Below, in pieces: positions 28,252 through 37,272 of a DNA stretch of 64,000 nt (positions are counted from its first letter, which is position 1; the number at the start of each line of letters is the position of its first letter). The position numbers were made by a program, and so were the translations under genes. The notes under the pieces are model-generated. The model was not told where the DNA came from and searched no databases. It worked only from the letters and a program-made list of their open reading frames with translations. Origin of the DNA: Ignavibacteria bacterium (GTDB lineage Bacteria > Bacteroidota > Ignavibacteria > Palsa-1295). The stretch is from the NCBI GenBank assembly GCA_013287605.1, contig JABDDM010000002.1:1145-65144 (forward strand), in the 5' to 3' direction.

Positions 28252-28956
28252 TTAGCTCGTATCGTCAAGCCTCGCTTCCCTGACGTTGTGACGAAGAAGA
28301 AAGACGAGTAGTGCGCCCGAAGCAAATCCCCCGATGTGAGCCATGTAGGCGATGCCGCCAGTGGCGTTCGATGCGCGATTAAAGACATCAACAGAGCCGG
28401 AAACGAGCTGTGTTACAATCCAAAGTCCCAATACGAACCAGGCACTAACGTTCACGATGAAAAATCCCATCAATACCCGTACTTTGTTTTTCGGATAAAG
28501 GATTAGATAAGCGGCCAGCACTCCCGAGATCGCACCTGATGCGCCGAGATTGGGGATGTTAGAGCTGGGGTAGGCAATGATCTGCGCGAGAAATGCGATC
28601 ATGCCGCACAGAAGATAAAACACCAGATATCGAAAGTGGCCGAGCCGATCCTCCACGTTGTCACCGAAGACGAAGAGATAAAGCATATTGCCTAGCAGGT
28701 GTGCCCAACCGGCGTGCATGAACATCGCAGTAATCAAGGTCTGGATCGGTGGGAAGCCGCTAGTGTAATCAAGCGGGAGAACTGACCACTTGACGACGAA
28801 CGTATCGCCGCGTTGCATCTCGATGTAAAACATGACCACGTTCGAGGCAATCAGTGCGAACGTAACGAATGGAAAGGAAACGCGCTTCGAGTTATCGTCG
28901 CCTATGGGTATGAACATGCAGTGATCGCCTAGAGATTGGTCGGACGAAGATACCAA
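28252..28956 (-). CDS. rhomboid-family intramembrane serine protease
   Basis: GASGAISGVLAAYL (GxSG catalytic Ser) and AHIGGFASG (catalytic His). Six TM helices. Confidence 0.85.
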   Translation of the reverse strand: MVSSSDQSLGDHCMFIPIGDDNSKRVSFPFVTFALIASNVVMFYIEMQRGDTFVVKWSVLPLDYTSGFPPIQTLITAMFMHAGWAHLLGNMLYLFVFGDNVEDRLGHFRYLVFYLLCGMIAFLAQIIAYPSSNIPNLGASGAISGVLAAYLILYPKNKVRVLMGFFIVNVSAWFVLGLWIVTQLVSGSVDVFNRASNATGGIAYMAHIGGFASGALLVFLLRHNVREARLDDTS

Positions 28957-29008
28957 GAGTGACGGAGGTGCACTCGCTAGCGAAAGAGAACCTTAGGAAA
29001 CTACGACG

Positions 29009-29083
29009 TGGGCATTGCGGGGTTCGAACCTGCGACCTTTCGCGTGTGAGGCGAACGCTCTGGACCAACTGAGCTAAATGCCC
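29009..29083 (-). tRNA. tRNA-Val (anticodon CAC)
   Basis: The reverse complement folds as GGGCATT-TA-GCTC…GAGC-…TTCGC-CTCACAC-GCGAA…GCAGG-TTCGAAC-CCCGC-AATGCCC-A. D-arm, anticodon arm (CAC) and acceptor stem are perfect. There is one A·C mismatch in the T-stem. CCA is not encoded. Coordinates are ±2 nt. Confidence 0.8.
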
Positions 29084-29201
29084 GATGCCACTGGTCTTGA
29101 AACCGATAGCAGCCGAATAACTCACCACTATTCGACGTGGTTCCGATTGGATCTCAGAGACCGGAGTTCGTTCACTGGTCTCGAGTAAGAAGCGAAGGCT
29201 C

Positions 29202-29248
29202 AAAAAAATCTTCCAGACCCGGGGAAGGTGAGATGTTTCCCCGAGGTC
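29202..29248 (-). terminator. rho-independent terminator (minus strand)
   Basis: On the minus strand the hairpin GACCTCGGGGAAA…TTCCCCGGGTC is followed by T7. It lies downstream of the small minus-strand ORF 29398..29682. Confidence 0.5.
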
Positions 29249-29397
29249 CTGGAAGTCGAGTGTTGCAGTTGCAGGGCAGTGGACATTACCACTTCAGAGG
29301 TATTCCTCCAGAAGATATTGTCCAAAGCCTACAGGATTAAGGATTAAGCATTTTAGCCACAAACCTTTTTTGCCACCACAGCCCGACTTCGATCAGC

Positions 29398-29682
29398 TTA
29401 TCTGATGCCTTCGTCGTAGTCGATATGTACGATCCCCTGCGCCTGATCGTAATAATCGTGGTTGACTTTCGTCATCAGGTCAGTATTGACCTGAATCTGA
29501 TGGATCGCATCCGAGTGATCAGCGGCTAATCCGTTGATCTGAGCGGCCGTCGGCACAGCCCCGCTCCCCGAAATCAGTTGTAAGTATAAAAGAATTTCGA
29601 TTATCTGTAACATGGCTAATTCTCCTGCTTGGGCTAAAACGATACTATTGTCAACACTCACTTGCAAAACTGCAACATGCAA
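29398..29682 (-). CDS. hypothetical small secreted protein (His/Asp/Tyr-rich)
   Basis: Signal-like N-terminus (…LQIIEILLYLQLISGSGAV). A short mature part rich in D, H, Q and Y. 94 aa. Confidence 0.3.
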   Translation of the reverse strand: MHVAVLQVSVDNSIVLAQAGELAMLQIIEILLYLQLISGSGAVPTAAQINGLAADHSDAIHQIQVNTDLMTKVNHDYYDQAQGIVHIDYDEGIR

Positions 29683-29792
29683 GCGCCAATTCCTATGGCG
29701 ATTCCTACGTTTCTATTACCAAAATATTCCGCCGGTTTTGTACAATTCCTTGGTCCAACTCTTGACTTTCCTTCTCTATTTTTGTAGATTGC

Positions 29793-31349
29793 ATGCAAAT
29801 TTCAGCAAATTTGGACATGCAGTACTTACGAGAAATCAGCCAGATCATTACCAATACCCCAAGACAACGCGAAGATATTTTCGTTGATCGAGCCGCCGGA
29901 AGGCCATCCGATCACGTCGCCCGCCTCTATGAAGGGATCCGAAGCGGCAAATACCTATCCGACCAATCGGCAGTTCAGGATATCTACGGCACCGCTCAGA
30001 AACACGGCACGTACGCGGTTTTGAAATCAAGGTTGCGCACGCGCCTGTTAAATTCTCTTTTTGTGCTGGATCCCAAGCCACCACGGTACTCAGAGGGGAC
30101 TCGCGCCTTTTACCAGTGCCACAAAGGACTCTTCTGGGCCAGCGTTCTGCTTCGTTTCGGCGCTCGTAACATCGCGATCCAGATCGCAGAACGAACGCTG
30201 GAGGAAGCCACAACCTACCAGTTTACAAGCATAGTTCTTGAACTATTGTTCTTCCTAAGAGGACACTACAGCCTGCTCGGAAATTACGCGGAGTTCGAGG
30301 CGATCAATACGCGCCTTAACCAAACGTTACAAATGCTCGAAGCCGAATTCCTAAGCCGCGAGTATCTCGAGCGCGTTACCATCAAATTCGCCACTACTGA
30401 GGCCGAGCAGCCCGAGATCGCATCTCTCGCCCGCACCTATTCCGATGCGCTCGATCCCTTGCGGAAGATCTTTGATAATTTCAGTATCAACTTGAATTAC
30501 TATCGCCTTCGAGCGCTAAGCCTGCAGATCGCACAGGAATACGCACCAGCGATCGAAGTATGCGAAGAAGCCGCGCAGTACCTGCGCGGAAATCCGCGAC
30601 TTGTTCTTGGGGTGAACTTGGGAGAGTTCGCGTTGCAAAAGCTTTCCTGTCTTTTGCATCTGCGTGATTACGAGCGTGGTAAGGTTACGGCACAGGAATG
30701 CGCAACACACTTCCCAACTGGCAGCAATAACTGGTTCACGTACATGGAGTACTTTTTTCTCCTGTCCATGCATACAGAGCATTTTGAAGAAGCACATCGC
30801 ATCTACATCGCGGCCACGACGCATGCCCGATTTGCAGGACTCACCGAAACCCGCAAAGAGAAATGGAAGATTTTCGAGCTCTACCTGCAGTATGTTGTTC
30901 AGAGCCTCAATCCCGACACGAGCACAAAGCCCATTGGACGCGCGACCAGAACATTCGATCGCAAGCGCATTTTAAGGATGGTACCAACCTATTCTCGTGA
31001 TAAGTATGGCTACAACATCGCACTGTTGGTCATGCACATTCTTTATCTGCTCGATCAGCACGATCTGGAAGGCATTATCAATCGTATGGAGGCACTGAAA
31101 GCGTATCGAAGCCGGTATCTGACCATGCGCTCCAATCGCCTGAGCGCGCTCTTCTTCAAACTGTTGCTCGTCATGGAAGCAAATTCGTTCGATTACAAAC
31201 GAACAAAACAGAAGGGTGAGAAATACTATCAGCAGCTTCTCATCACCACTCCTGGCTCCGAAGAATTCAACGAAACGTTGCAGGTACTGCCGTTCGATTG
31301 GCTCTGGCTTCACGTGCTGGAAAAGCTGAAAAGACTGAATCCAAATTAG
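29793..31349 (+). CDS. hypothetical all-alpha protein
   Basis: 518 aa, predicted helical and TPR-like. No motif recognised. Lies upstream of, and co-oriented with, the YfhO-like gene. Confidence 0.55.
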   Translation: MQISANLDMQYLREISQIITNTPRQREDIFVDRAAGRPSDHVARLYEGIRSGKYLSDQSAVQDIYGTAQKHGTYAVLKSRLRTRLLNSLFVLDPKPPRYSEGTRAFYQCHKGLFWASVLLRFGARNIAIQIAERTLEEATTYQFTSIVLELLFFLRGHYSLLGNYAEFEAINTRLNQTLQMLEAEFLSREYLERVTIKFATTEAEQPEIASLARTYSDALDPLRKIFDNFSINLNYYRLRALSLQIAQEYAPAIEVCEEAAQYLRGNPRLVLGVNLGEFALQKLSCLLHLRDYERGKVTAQECATHFPTGSNNWFTYMEYFFLLSMHTEHFEEAHRIYIAATTHARFAGLTETRKEKWKIFELYLQYVVQSLNPDTSTKPIGRATRTFDRKRILRMVPTYSRDKYGYNIALLVMHILYLLDQHDLEGIINRMEALKAYRSRYLTMRSNRLSALFFKLLLVMEANSFDYKRTKQKGEKYYQQLLITTPGSEEFNETLQVLPFDWLWLHVLEKLKRLNPN

Positions 31350-31469
31350 CAGCAATCCTGCATGCGCTCTCAACTTCCAGCACTATTTCGAGAGCCTGAA
31401 AGTTGAAACCCAGACGCTTTTGGCAAGTTCGCCCAAAGCTCAAGGATCTATTTTCTTCGCCCAGAGTTC

Positions 31470-34175
31470 ATGGCCAAACAGCAGCAACGTACCCAGCGCA
31501 CTCAGCCGGAGCGCAAAGCTTCACAAAAGTCCTCCTCCCGCAGCCTCGACGATATGCGCGGTGAGCGCACCGGTGACCCGGCGGGTCTCTGGCCCGAGAA
31601 GTGGAAAGATCTTATCTGCATCCTGGTCATCTTTTTTTCGCTGTTGATCTTTTTTAACAAGGTCCTCGACAAAGAGCACACATTCAACGCGCCAGACAAT
31701 GTCGCAAGCGAGAGCTTCAAACCGTTCGTCGAAGCAGCGAAGAAGGACGGGGTCAGTGTCCCGCAATGGATGCCAAATATTTTTTGCGGCATGCCTGCCT
31801 TCGCCGCCCTCGTGGTGACCGGTGAACGGACATACGATGTCGTGCACGAAGTCTTCGACCTCTTCCAGCAAGTGCCGGCAGCGTTAGTCGGCAATTCAGA
31901 TGCGATGACACAGCTCTGGCATTATTTCATACTGGGTATGGGAGTTTACCTCCTGCTGCGAGTTGGACGCAAGACTTCGTGGCTGTCAGCACTGTTTGGT
32001 GCGTTCAGCGCTATGTTTTCGACGTGGATCATCACCTACGTTATGATCGGGCACAATACAAAAGTGTTTGCCATCATGACGATGCCCTACATCTTCCTGG
32101 CGGTCGAAAAATTGCGCGTCGAAAAACTTGGATGGCGAACGGCAGTCTTCTGGTCGGCGATTCTCGCGATTGCTGTCCACTTCTTGCTTGAATCGACGCA
32201 CATGCAGATGGTATTTTACATCTTCCTTGCGTTGCTCATCTATTTCATCGTCGGACTGATCACCGATCTTATTCGGAAGTCAGGTGCAATGAGTACGATT
32301 CGCGCAGGAGTGATAGCTCTATGCATGGTAGGTCTCGCATTCGCTATGAGCGCTGATCGCTATCTGGCGACGCTTGGCTATGAACCATACTCGATTCGCG
32401 GTTCGGCACCAATTGTTGATACAAAAACTACCTCAGCCAAGCCTGCAGCGAGCACTGCTGGCGTAGACAAAAGCGGCGGGCTCGATTGGAATTACGCAAC
32501 GCAATGGTCATTTTCACCTGGCGAGATGATCACTTTCATCGTACCAGCCTGGTTTGGCTTCGGCAAATTGCCCTATTCCGGCAGCGACCTTAACGTCCCT
32601 GAAGGCACGCCAATACCAACCTACTGGGGTCAGATGAACGGAACGGATGCCGCCAATTATACTGGCATCATTGTATTCTTCCTTGCGCTCATCGGCATCA
32701 TTGCGCTTTGGAAGCGAGACCGCCTGGTACCAGCGCTTGCGATCATCAGCTTGTTTGCGCTGGTGCTTTCATTTGGAGGAAACATGCCGATCCTCTATGG
32801 TCCGATGTTCCATGCGTTTCCGATGTTCGACAAATTTCGAGCACCAATGATGGCGCTCGTCCTGATGCAGCTAAGCTTTCCAATCATCGCTGCACTCATG
32901 CTCGAAGAAATTTTTCGCGTATGGAAGAATCGTGACAGAGCGGAAGCTGTGCAGCTTGAAAAATATTTCAAGTACGCGATGATCGTCGCCGCTGTGTTGC
33001 TCGTCATCTTCGTCGTTGGCCGCGGCGGGTTCGAGGGTTCGATCAAAAACTCGATTACAAAGAGCGGAAAGCCTTATGTATCAACGATCCCAGCGCTTGG
33101 AGAGCTTGCCGCATCGACGGCAATGAACGATGCATTGATCGGCATGCTGATCGCGGCAATCGCTTGTGGCCTCGTTTGGTGGTTTATCAAAAAGCAATCG
33201 ATCTCCCCACTCATTCTCGGCCTTGCAATCTTCACGCTCTCCGCGATCGATCTTTGGAGAATCGATAGCCGTCCCTTCGATGTGACGACGCGCTCGGATT
33301 ACGAGAACAATTTCAAAGATCACGATTATGTGAACTTCATCAAGCAGGACAAGTCCCTCTTTCGAATCCTCGATTTGAACGAGCCAATGTCGAACGTACC
33401 CGTAAGCTGGGGGTTGCAAACGATCGCTGGCTATCATGCAGCAAAGATGCGCGAGTATCAGGATGTTGTTGATGTCACTGGCGATGGCGCCGGCAATGCG
33501 ATCGTCAATCCGTATATGTGGAATCTGCTGAACACGAAATACATCATTGCGAACGGTGGCATCTCAGAGGACAGGAATCGCTTCGTGCCCGTATTCCAAT
33601 CGAGAGAGCCCGCAGCTGCCGGTCAGGATGGCAAGCCGGGTCAGGCGACACTCGTGTGGATGAATCCACAAGCACTCCCGAGGGTATTCCTTGTGTCAAA
33701 CTATGAAGTTCGTGCGCCGCTCGACATTCTACACGCAATGCATGACGGCGCCTTCGATCCGCGTCAACTTGTTCTCTTCGACAAGTCGCCTCAAGGACTC
33801 GGTGCGCTTCCCGGCACGCCGGTCGATACGACGAAAGAGCACGCAGAAATCACGGGCTATAAGAACGAGTCGATCGAGATCAAAGCAAGTGCTGCGACTG
33901 ACCGCTTGCTCTTTATGTCCGAAACATGGTATCCCGATTGGAGTGCAACAATCGATGGAAAGCCAACAACTATTTATAAGGCAGACTACGCATTTCGCGC
34001 GATCAAAGTACCTGCTGGCGATCACACCTTTAAACTTACGTTTGAGGACCCACATTACAAAACAGGTCGCGCAATCTCGCTCACAGCGAACATCCTCGCT
34101 ATCGCAGGCCTCATCGCTGGTCTTGGAAGCGTGTTAAGCGGGAAAAAGAAAGAAAGCGAAGAAAGCGCTGCGTAA
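31470..34175 (+). CDS. YfhO-family large polytopic membrane protein (putative glycosyl- or lipid-transferase)
   Basis: 901 aa with about 14 TM helices and a large extracytoplasmic C-terminal domain that ends in a final TM (…ILAIAGLIAGLGSV). This architecture matches the YfhO family. Confidence 0.5.
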   Translation: MAKQQQRTQRTQPERKASQKSSSRSLDDMRGERTGDPAGLWPEKWKDLICILVIFFSLLIFFNKVLDKEHTFNAPDNVASESFKPFVEAAKKDGVSVPQWMPNIFCGMPAFAALVVTGERTYDVVHEVFDLFQQVPAALVGNSDAMTQLWHYFILGMGVYLLLRVGRKTSWLSALFGAFSAMFSTWIITYVMIGHNTKVFAIMTMPYIFLAVEKLRVEKLGWRTAVFWSAILAIAVHFLLESTHMQMVFYIFLALLIYFIVGLITDLIRKSGAMSTIRAGVIALCMVGLAFAMSADRYLATLGYEPYSIRGSAPIVDTKTTSAKPAASTAGVDKSGGLDWNYATQWSFSPGEMITFIVPAWFGFGKLPYSGSDLNVPEGTPIPTYWGQMNGTDAANYTGIIVFFLALIGIIALWKRDRLVPALAIISLFALVLSFGGNMPILYGPMFHAFPMFDKFRAPMMALVLMQLSFPIIAALMLEEIFRVWKNRDRAEAVQLEKYFKYAMIVAAVLLVIFVVGRGGFEGSIKNSITKSGKPYVSTIPALGELAASTAMNDALIGMLIAAIACGLVWWFIKKQSISPLILGLAIFTLSAIDLWRIDSRPFDVTTRSDYENNFKDHDYVNFIKQDKSLFRILDLNEPMSNVPVSWGLQTIAGYHAAKMREYQDVVDVTGDGAGNAIVNPYMWNLLNTKYIIANGGISEDRNRFVPVFQSREPAAAGQDGKPGQATLVWMNPQALPRVFLVSNYEVRAPLDILHAMHDGAFDPRQLVLFDKSPQGLGALPGTPVDTTKEHAEITGYKNESIEIKASAATDRLLFMSETWYPDWSATIDGKPTTIYKADYAFRAIKVPAGDHTFKLTFEDPHYKTGRAISLTANILAIAGLIAGLGSVLSGKKKESEESAA

Positions 34176-34221
34176 AAGATGTGAGTTAGGCACGACGGAC
34201 TGCGGTTGAAGTATTTGACAT

Positions 34222-34671
34222 TCACTTCTTATACGATCGTCTAACCTCTGGCAGCAACGCCACAAAAATAATGGCGATAGCAAAGAACATGTAGAAGGTA
34301 TGCAGCCAGCTAACGCCTTGGAGAAACACCATTTCGAGTTGTATCCAAATGATTAGTGCAAAGGCAATGTAGATGCTGTAGGTCCATGACCAGTGCATAT
34401 CCTTGTAGAAATTAAGTTGCTCGGCAATTTTGCTTTCTGGCTTTCCTAGCAACGCGAAGATCAGGAGACTGGGAGCAAGCCCAAGCACCAGGAATAGGAT
34501 GATCCCTGGCACGAGGAAGCTACTGAATGGCGACTTTTCCAGCATTGACAAAGGCATTCCAATGAGCTCGCCAGTTGGAGAAATGCTCAAAATTCCACCG
34601 CCAAAAATTGCTCCCAATCCGAGGAACGCTAATAAGAACAGAAGGACATTCCGCTGCGATTTCATTTGCAT
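34222..34671 (-). CDS. small membrane protein with four TM helices
   Basis: 149 aa, hydrophobic throughout. Confidence 0.5.
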   Translation of the reverse strand: MQMKSQRNVLLFLLAFLGLGAIFGGGILSISPTGELIGMPLSMLEKSPFSSFLVPGIILFLVLGLAPSLLIFALLGKPESKIAEQLNFYKDMHWSWTYSIYIAFALIIWIQLEMVFLQGVSWLHTFYMFFAIAIIFVALLPEVRRSYKK

Positions 34672-34762
34672 AACCTCTCATTGATTGATGGCTGCATGTC
34701 TAGTCTAGAGCTCCTGGCGAACCCCGATTGGATATGTAAGATGCAATTGAAGAGGAGAGCCC

Positions 34763-35536
34763 CTATCTCCGATCGACTACCGTCGCACTTGCCTGGGATG
34801 TGGGGAAGATGATTATCTCCGCTATCTGCACATGCGCTGGTCGGCTAACCGACCAGATAATCGCATCAGCGATATCCGCAGGTGAGAGTGGCGTGAAACC
34901 CTGATATACTTTTTCCGCGCGTTCTTTATCGCCGTGAAATCGGACTTCGGAGAATTCCGTCTCGACAAGACCCGGGTCGATTGTTGTCACGCGTATTGGT
35001 GTGTCGACCACATCGAGTCGCAACCCTTTTGTAATTGCATCGACCGCAAACTTCGAAGCACAATAGACATTACCCTTCGGATACACTTCGTGTCCAGCGA
35101 TCGATCCGATGTTAATCACGTGTCCCCGGTTACGATTGACCATTCCCGGTACCACAGCGCGCGTTACGTAGAGCACTCCTTTGACATTCGTGTCAAGCAT
35201 TTCCTCCCAGTCGTTGATATTGCTCTCGTGCAGTTTGTCAAGACCGCGTGAAAGTCCGGCGTTATTGAGCAGGATCTCGATCTCGCTCCATTCAGCCGGC
35301 AATCCCGCGATCACAGCGAGCACGGCTTCGCGGTCGCGTACATCGAGCTGAAAGGAATAGACCTTCACATCAGGATGAAGCGCAGCTATCTCAGCCTTCA
35401 GCGCCTCCAATCGATCCACGCGTCGTGCACAAAGAAGAAGTCTTGCGCCCGCATTTGCGAACGCTATTGCGGATGCACGTCCGATACCACTTGAAGCACC
35501 GGTTATGAAAACAAGCTTATTCTTTAACTCTTGCAT
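34763..35536 (-). CDS. SDR-family NAD(P)-dependent oxidoreductase (YdfG-like)
   Basis: TGASSGIGRA cofactor motif, NNAG, catalytic S…YxxxK. Confidence 0.85.
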   Translation of the reverse strand: MQELKNKLVFITGASSGIGRASAIAFANAGARLLLCARRVDRLEALKAEIAALHPDVKVYSFQLDVRDREAVLAVIAGLPAEWSEIEILLNNAGLSRGLDKLHESNINDWEEMLDTNVKGVLYVTRAVVPGMVNRNRGHVINIGSIAGHEVYPKGNVYCASKFAVDAITKGLRLDVVDTPIRVTTIDPGLVETEFSEVRFHGDKERAEKVYQGFTPLSPADIADAIIWSVSRPAHVQIAEIIIFPTSQASATVVDRR

Positions 35537-35606
35537 ACGTGAAAGGTGAGCGAACTTGAATTCGCATTTGAAATTGCGTCAAAGATCTTGCTAACGAGAA
35601 GTCTCT

Positions 35607-36740
35607 TTACGCCGTCTCTTTTTTCTCCTGCCAGCTTTCCCAGTATTCTTTCCATTCCACAGCTTCGGCGGCGGGGGCAATTGTCAAAGGGTGGCGAGCA
35701 TCGATCATCATTGCCATTTCATTTGTGCGCTTGAGCTTATCCTGGTTACGCAATGCCTTCGGATGCGGCCCATGATGGATACCTTGCGGATGCAACGTCA
35801 TCATTGCCGCTTCGATGTTATCTCGCGAGAAAAAATCGCCATCATGATAGAAGAGCACTTCATCGTAATCGGAATTGCGATGATAGAAGGGTACTTTCAG
35901 CGTGTCCTGATCTTCTTCAAGTGGGCGTGGCAAAAATGAGCATACAACAAAGTTCTCCGCTAAGAAAGTGGTGTGAACCGGTGGTGGTAAGTGGACACGC
36001 GGAGACATCACAGGACGGATGTCGCGCATGTTGATCTTGAATACAGTTAGATCGCCTCGCCACCCGACGATATCAATTGGATGATAAGGGTAAAAGACCG
36101 AGGTCCATTCACCAAGTCGTTTGATGCGGATCTCGTACTCTTTGCCGTTTGATGGCGTCTCAGTATATTCAGTAAATTCAGGGATCGTCAGCGCACCGTT
36201 ATCGTAAAGCGCGTGCATTCCCATAAGACCCTTCTGTTCAGGAGTCGGCGGAAGAATTTCTGAATGCGCTTCTACGTGCACAAAGAAATTATCCTTTGTT
36301 GAGGGTACAAACCGATATGTTGTCGCGCGCGGGATCACGATGTAATCGCCTTTCTCGTAATCGAGGACACCGAAATCAGTCTCGAGCTTACCTTCGCCCA
36401 GATGTACGAAATAGAGTTCGTCGCCATCTGCATTGCGATAGTATGCAGGCGAAGCTTCAGCACGTCGAGAGATCGAGATGATAAGATCATCATTGTAAAG
36501 GATCGGCACAGACCACCCGTTCTTATCCTTCAGATCAGTCGGCTTGACTTTGTCAAGATAGAATGCATGAGGACGTAGCTTCCCCTCAATTCGAGACCAG
36601 CCAGTCGGAGGGTGGGCATGATACAAATGCGACACACGTCCAAAAAAACCTTCTCTGCCGTGCTCTTCCTCAAACGTCCCCTCCGGAAGCCCAACGTGCG
36701 GCTGCCTCGTGGCACGGCCCTTCATGATCGGAAAATTCAT
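35607..36740 (-). CDS. hmgA: homogentisate 1,2-dioxygenase
   Basis: Cupin HGD-family signatures (…NADGDELYFVHLGEGKLETDFG…, …HRNSDYDEVLFYHDGDF…). Start chosen at the internal ATG (MNFPIMKG); the track ORF extends to 36776. Confidence 0.8.
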   Translation of the reverse strand: MNFPIMKGRATRQPHVGLPEGTFEEEHGREGFFGRVSHLYHAHPPTGWSRIEGKLRPHAFYLDKVKPTDLKDKNGWSVPILYNDDLIISISRRAEASPAYYRNADGDELYFVHLGEGKLETDFGVLDYEKGDYIVIPRATTYRFVPSTKDNFFVHVEAHSEILPPTPEQKGLMGMHALYDNGALTIPEFTEYTETPSNGKEYEIRIKRLGEWTSVFYPYHPIDIVGWRGDLTVFKINMRDIRPVMSPRVHLPPPVHTTFLAENFVVCSFLPRPLEEDQDTLKVPFYHRNSDYDEVLFYHDGDFFSRDNIEAAMMTLHPQGIHHGPHPKALRNQDKLKRTNEMAMMIDARHPLTIAPAAEAVEWKEYWESWQEKKETA

Positions 36741-36846
36741 ATATCCTCCAAAGTCGAGTGATGATCGCTTATGCAAACTTCATCGGGCAAAGATTGGATT
36801 CAGGCTGTAAATTTGACCTGCTAAAATCATAAGCTCTTCGTATCTC

Positions 36847-37191
36847 ATGGACCGTGAAGCAATTCGCAAATATTGTCTCAGCTTCCCTGGCGCCACCGAG
36901 CAGATCCAGTGGGGCGACGATCTCGTTTTCAAAGTCGGCGCCAAAATGTTCGCGGTGACGGGACTCGGACCGGAATTCCATCTTTCATTCAAATCTGACG
37001 CGGAAGACTTCGCCAAACTAGTCGAACGAGAAGACATCATCCCAGCGCCTTATCTCGCGAAACATCTTTGGGTAGCACTTCGCTCGGAGAAGGCGTTGAG
37101 CACGAAAGAGTTCAAGGAGCTCTTGCGCAAGAGCTATGATCTCGTGGTTGAGAAATTGCCGAAGAAGATTCGGACCTCTTTGAAACAGTAG
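36847..37191 (+). CDS. MmcQ/YjbR-family protein
   Basis: …YCLSFPGATEQIQWGDDLVFKVGAKMFA… is the characteristic YjbR-family N-terminus. 114 aa. Confidence 0.7.
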   Translation: MDREAIRKYCLSFPGATEQIQWGDDLVFKVGAKMFAVTGLGPEFHLSFKSDAEDFAKLVEREDIIPAPYLAKHLWVALRSEKALSTKEFKELLRKSYDLVVEKLPKKIRTSLKQ

Positions 37192-37272
37192 ATCAACCGG
37201 CATCTTCTTGTAACTATTGAAGCCTTCGACGTTATTACTACTATGTCGGACTCATCTGTCCCCAGGTAGACC

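Noticed and set aside
36780-37040. Minus-strand 86 aa ORF overlapping the YjbR-family gene
   Set aside because: The plus-strand product has a clear family signature. The antisense ORF has none.
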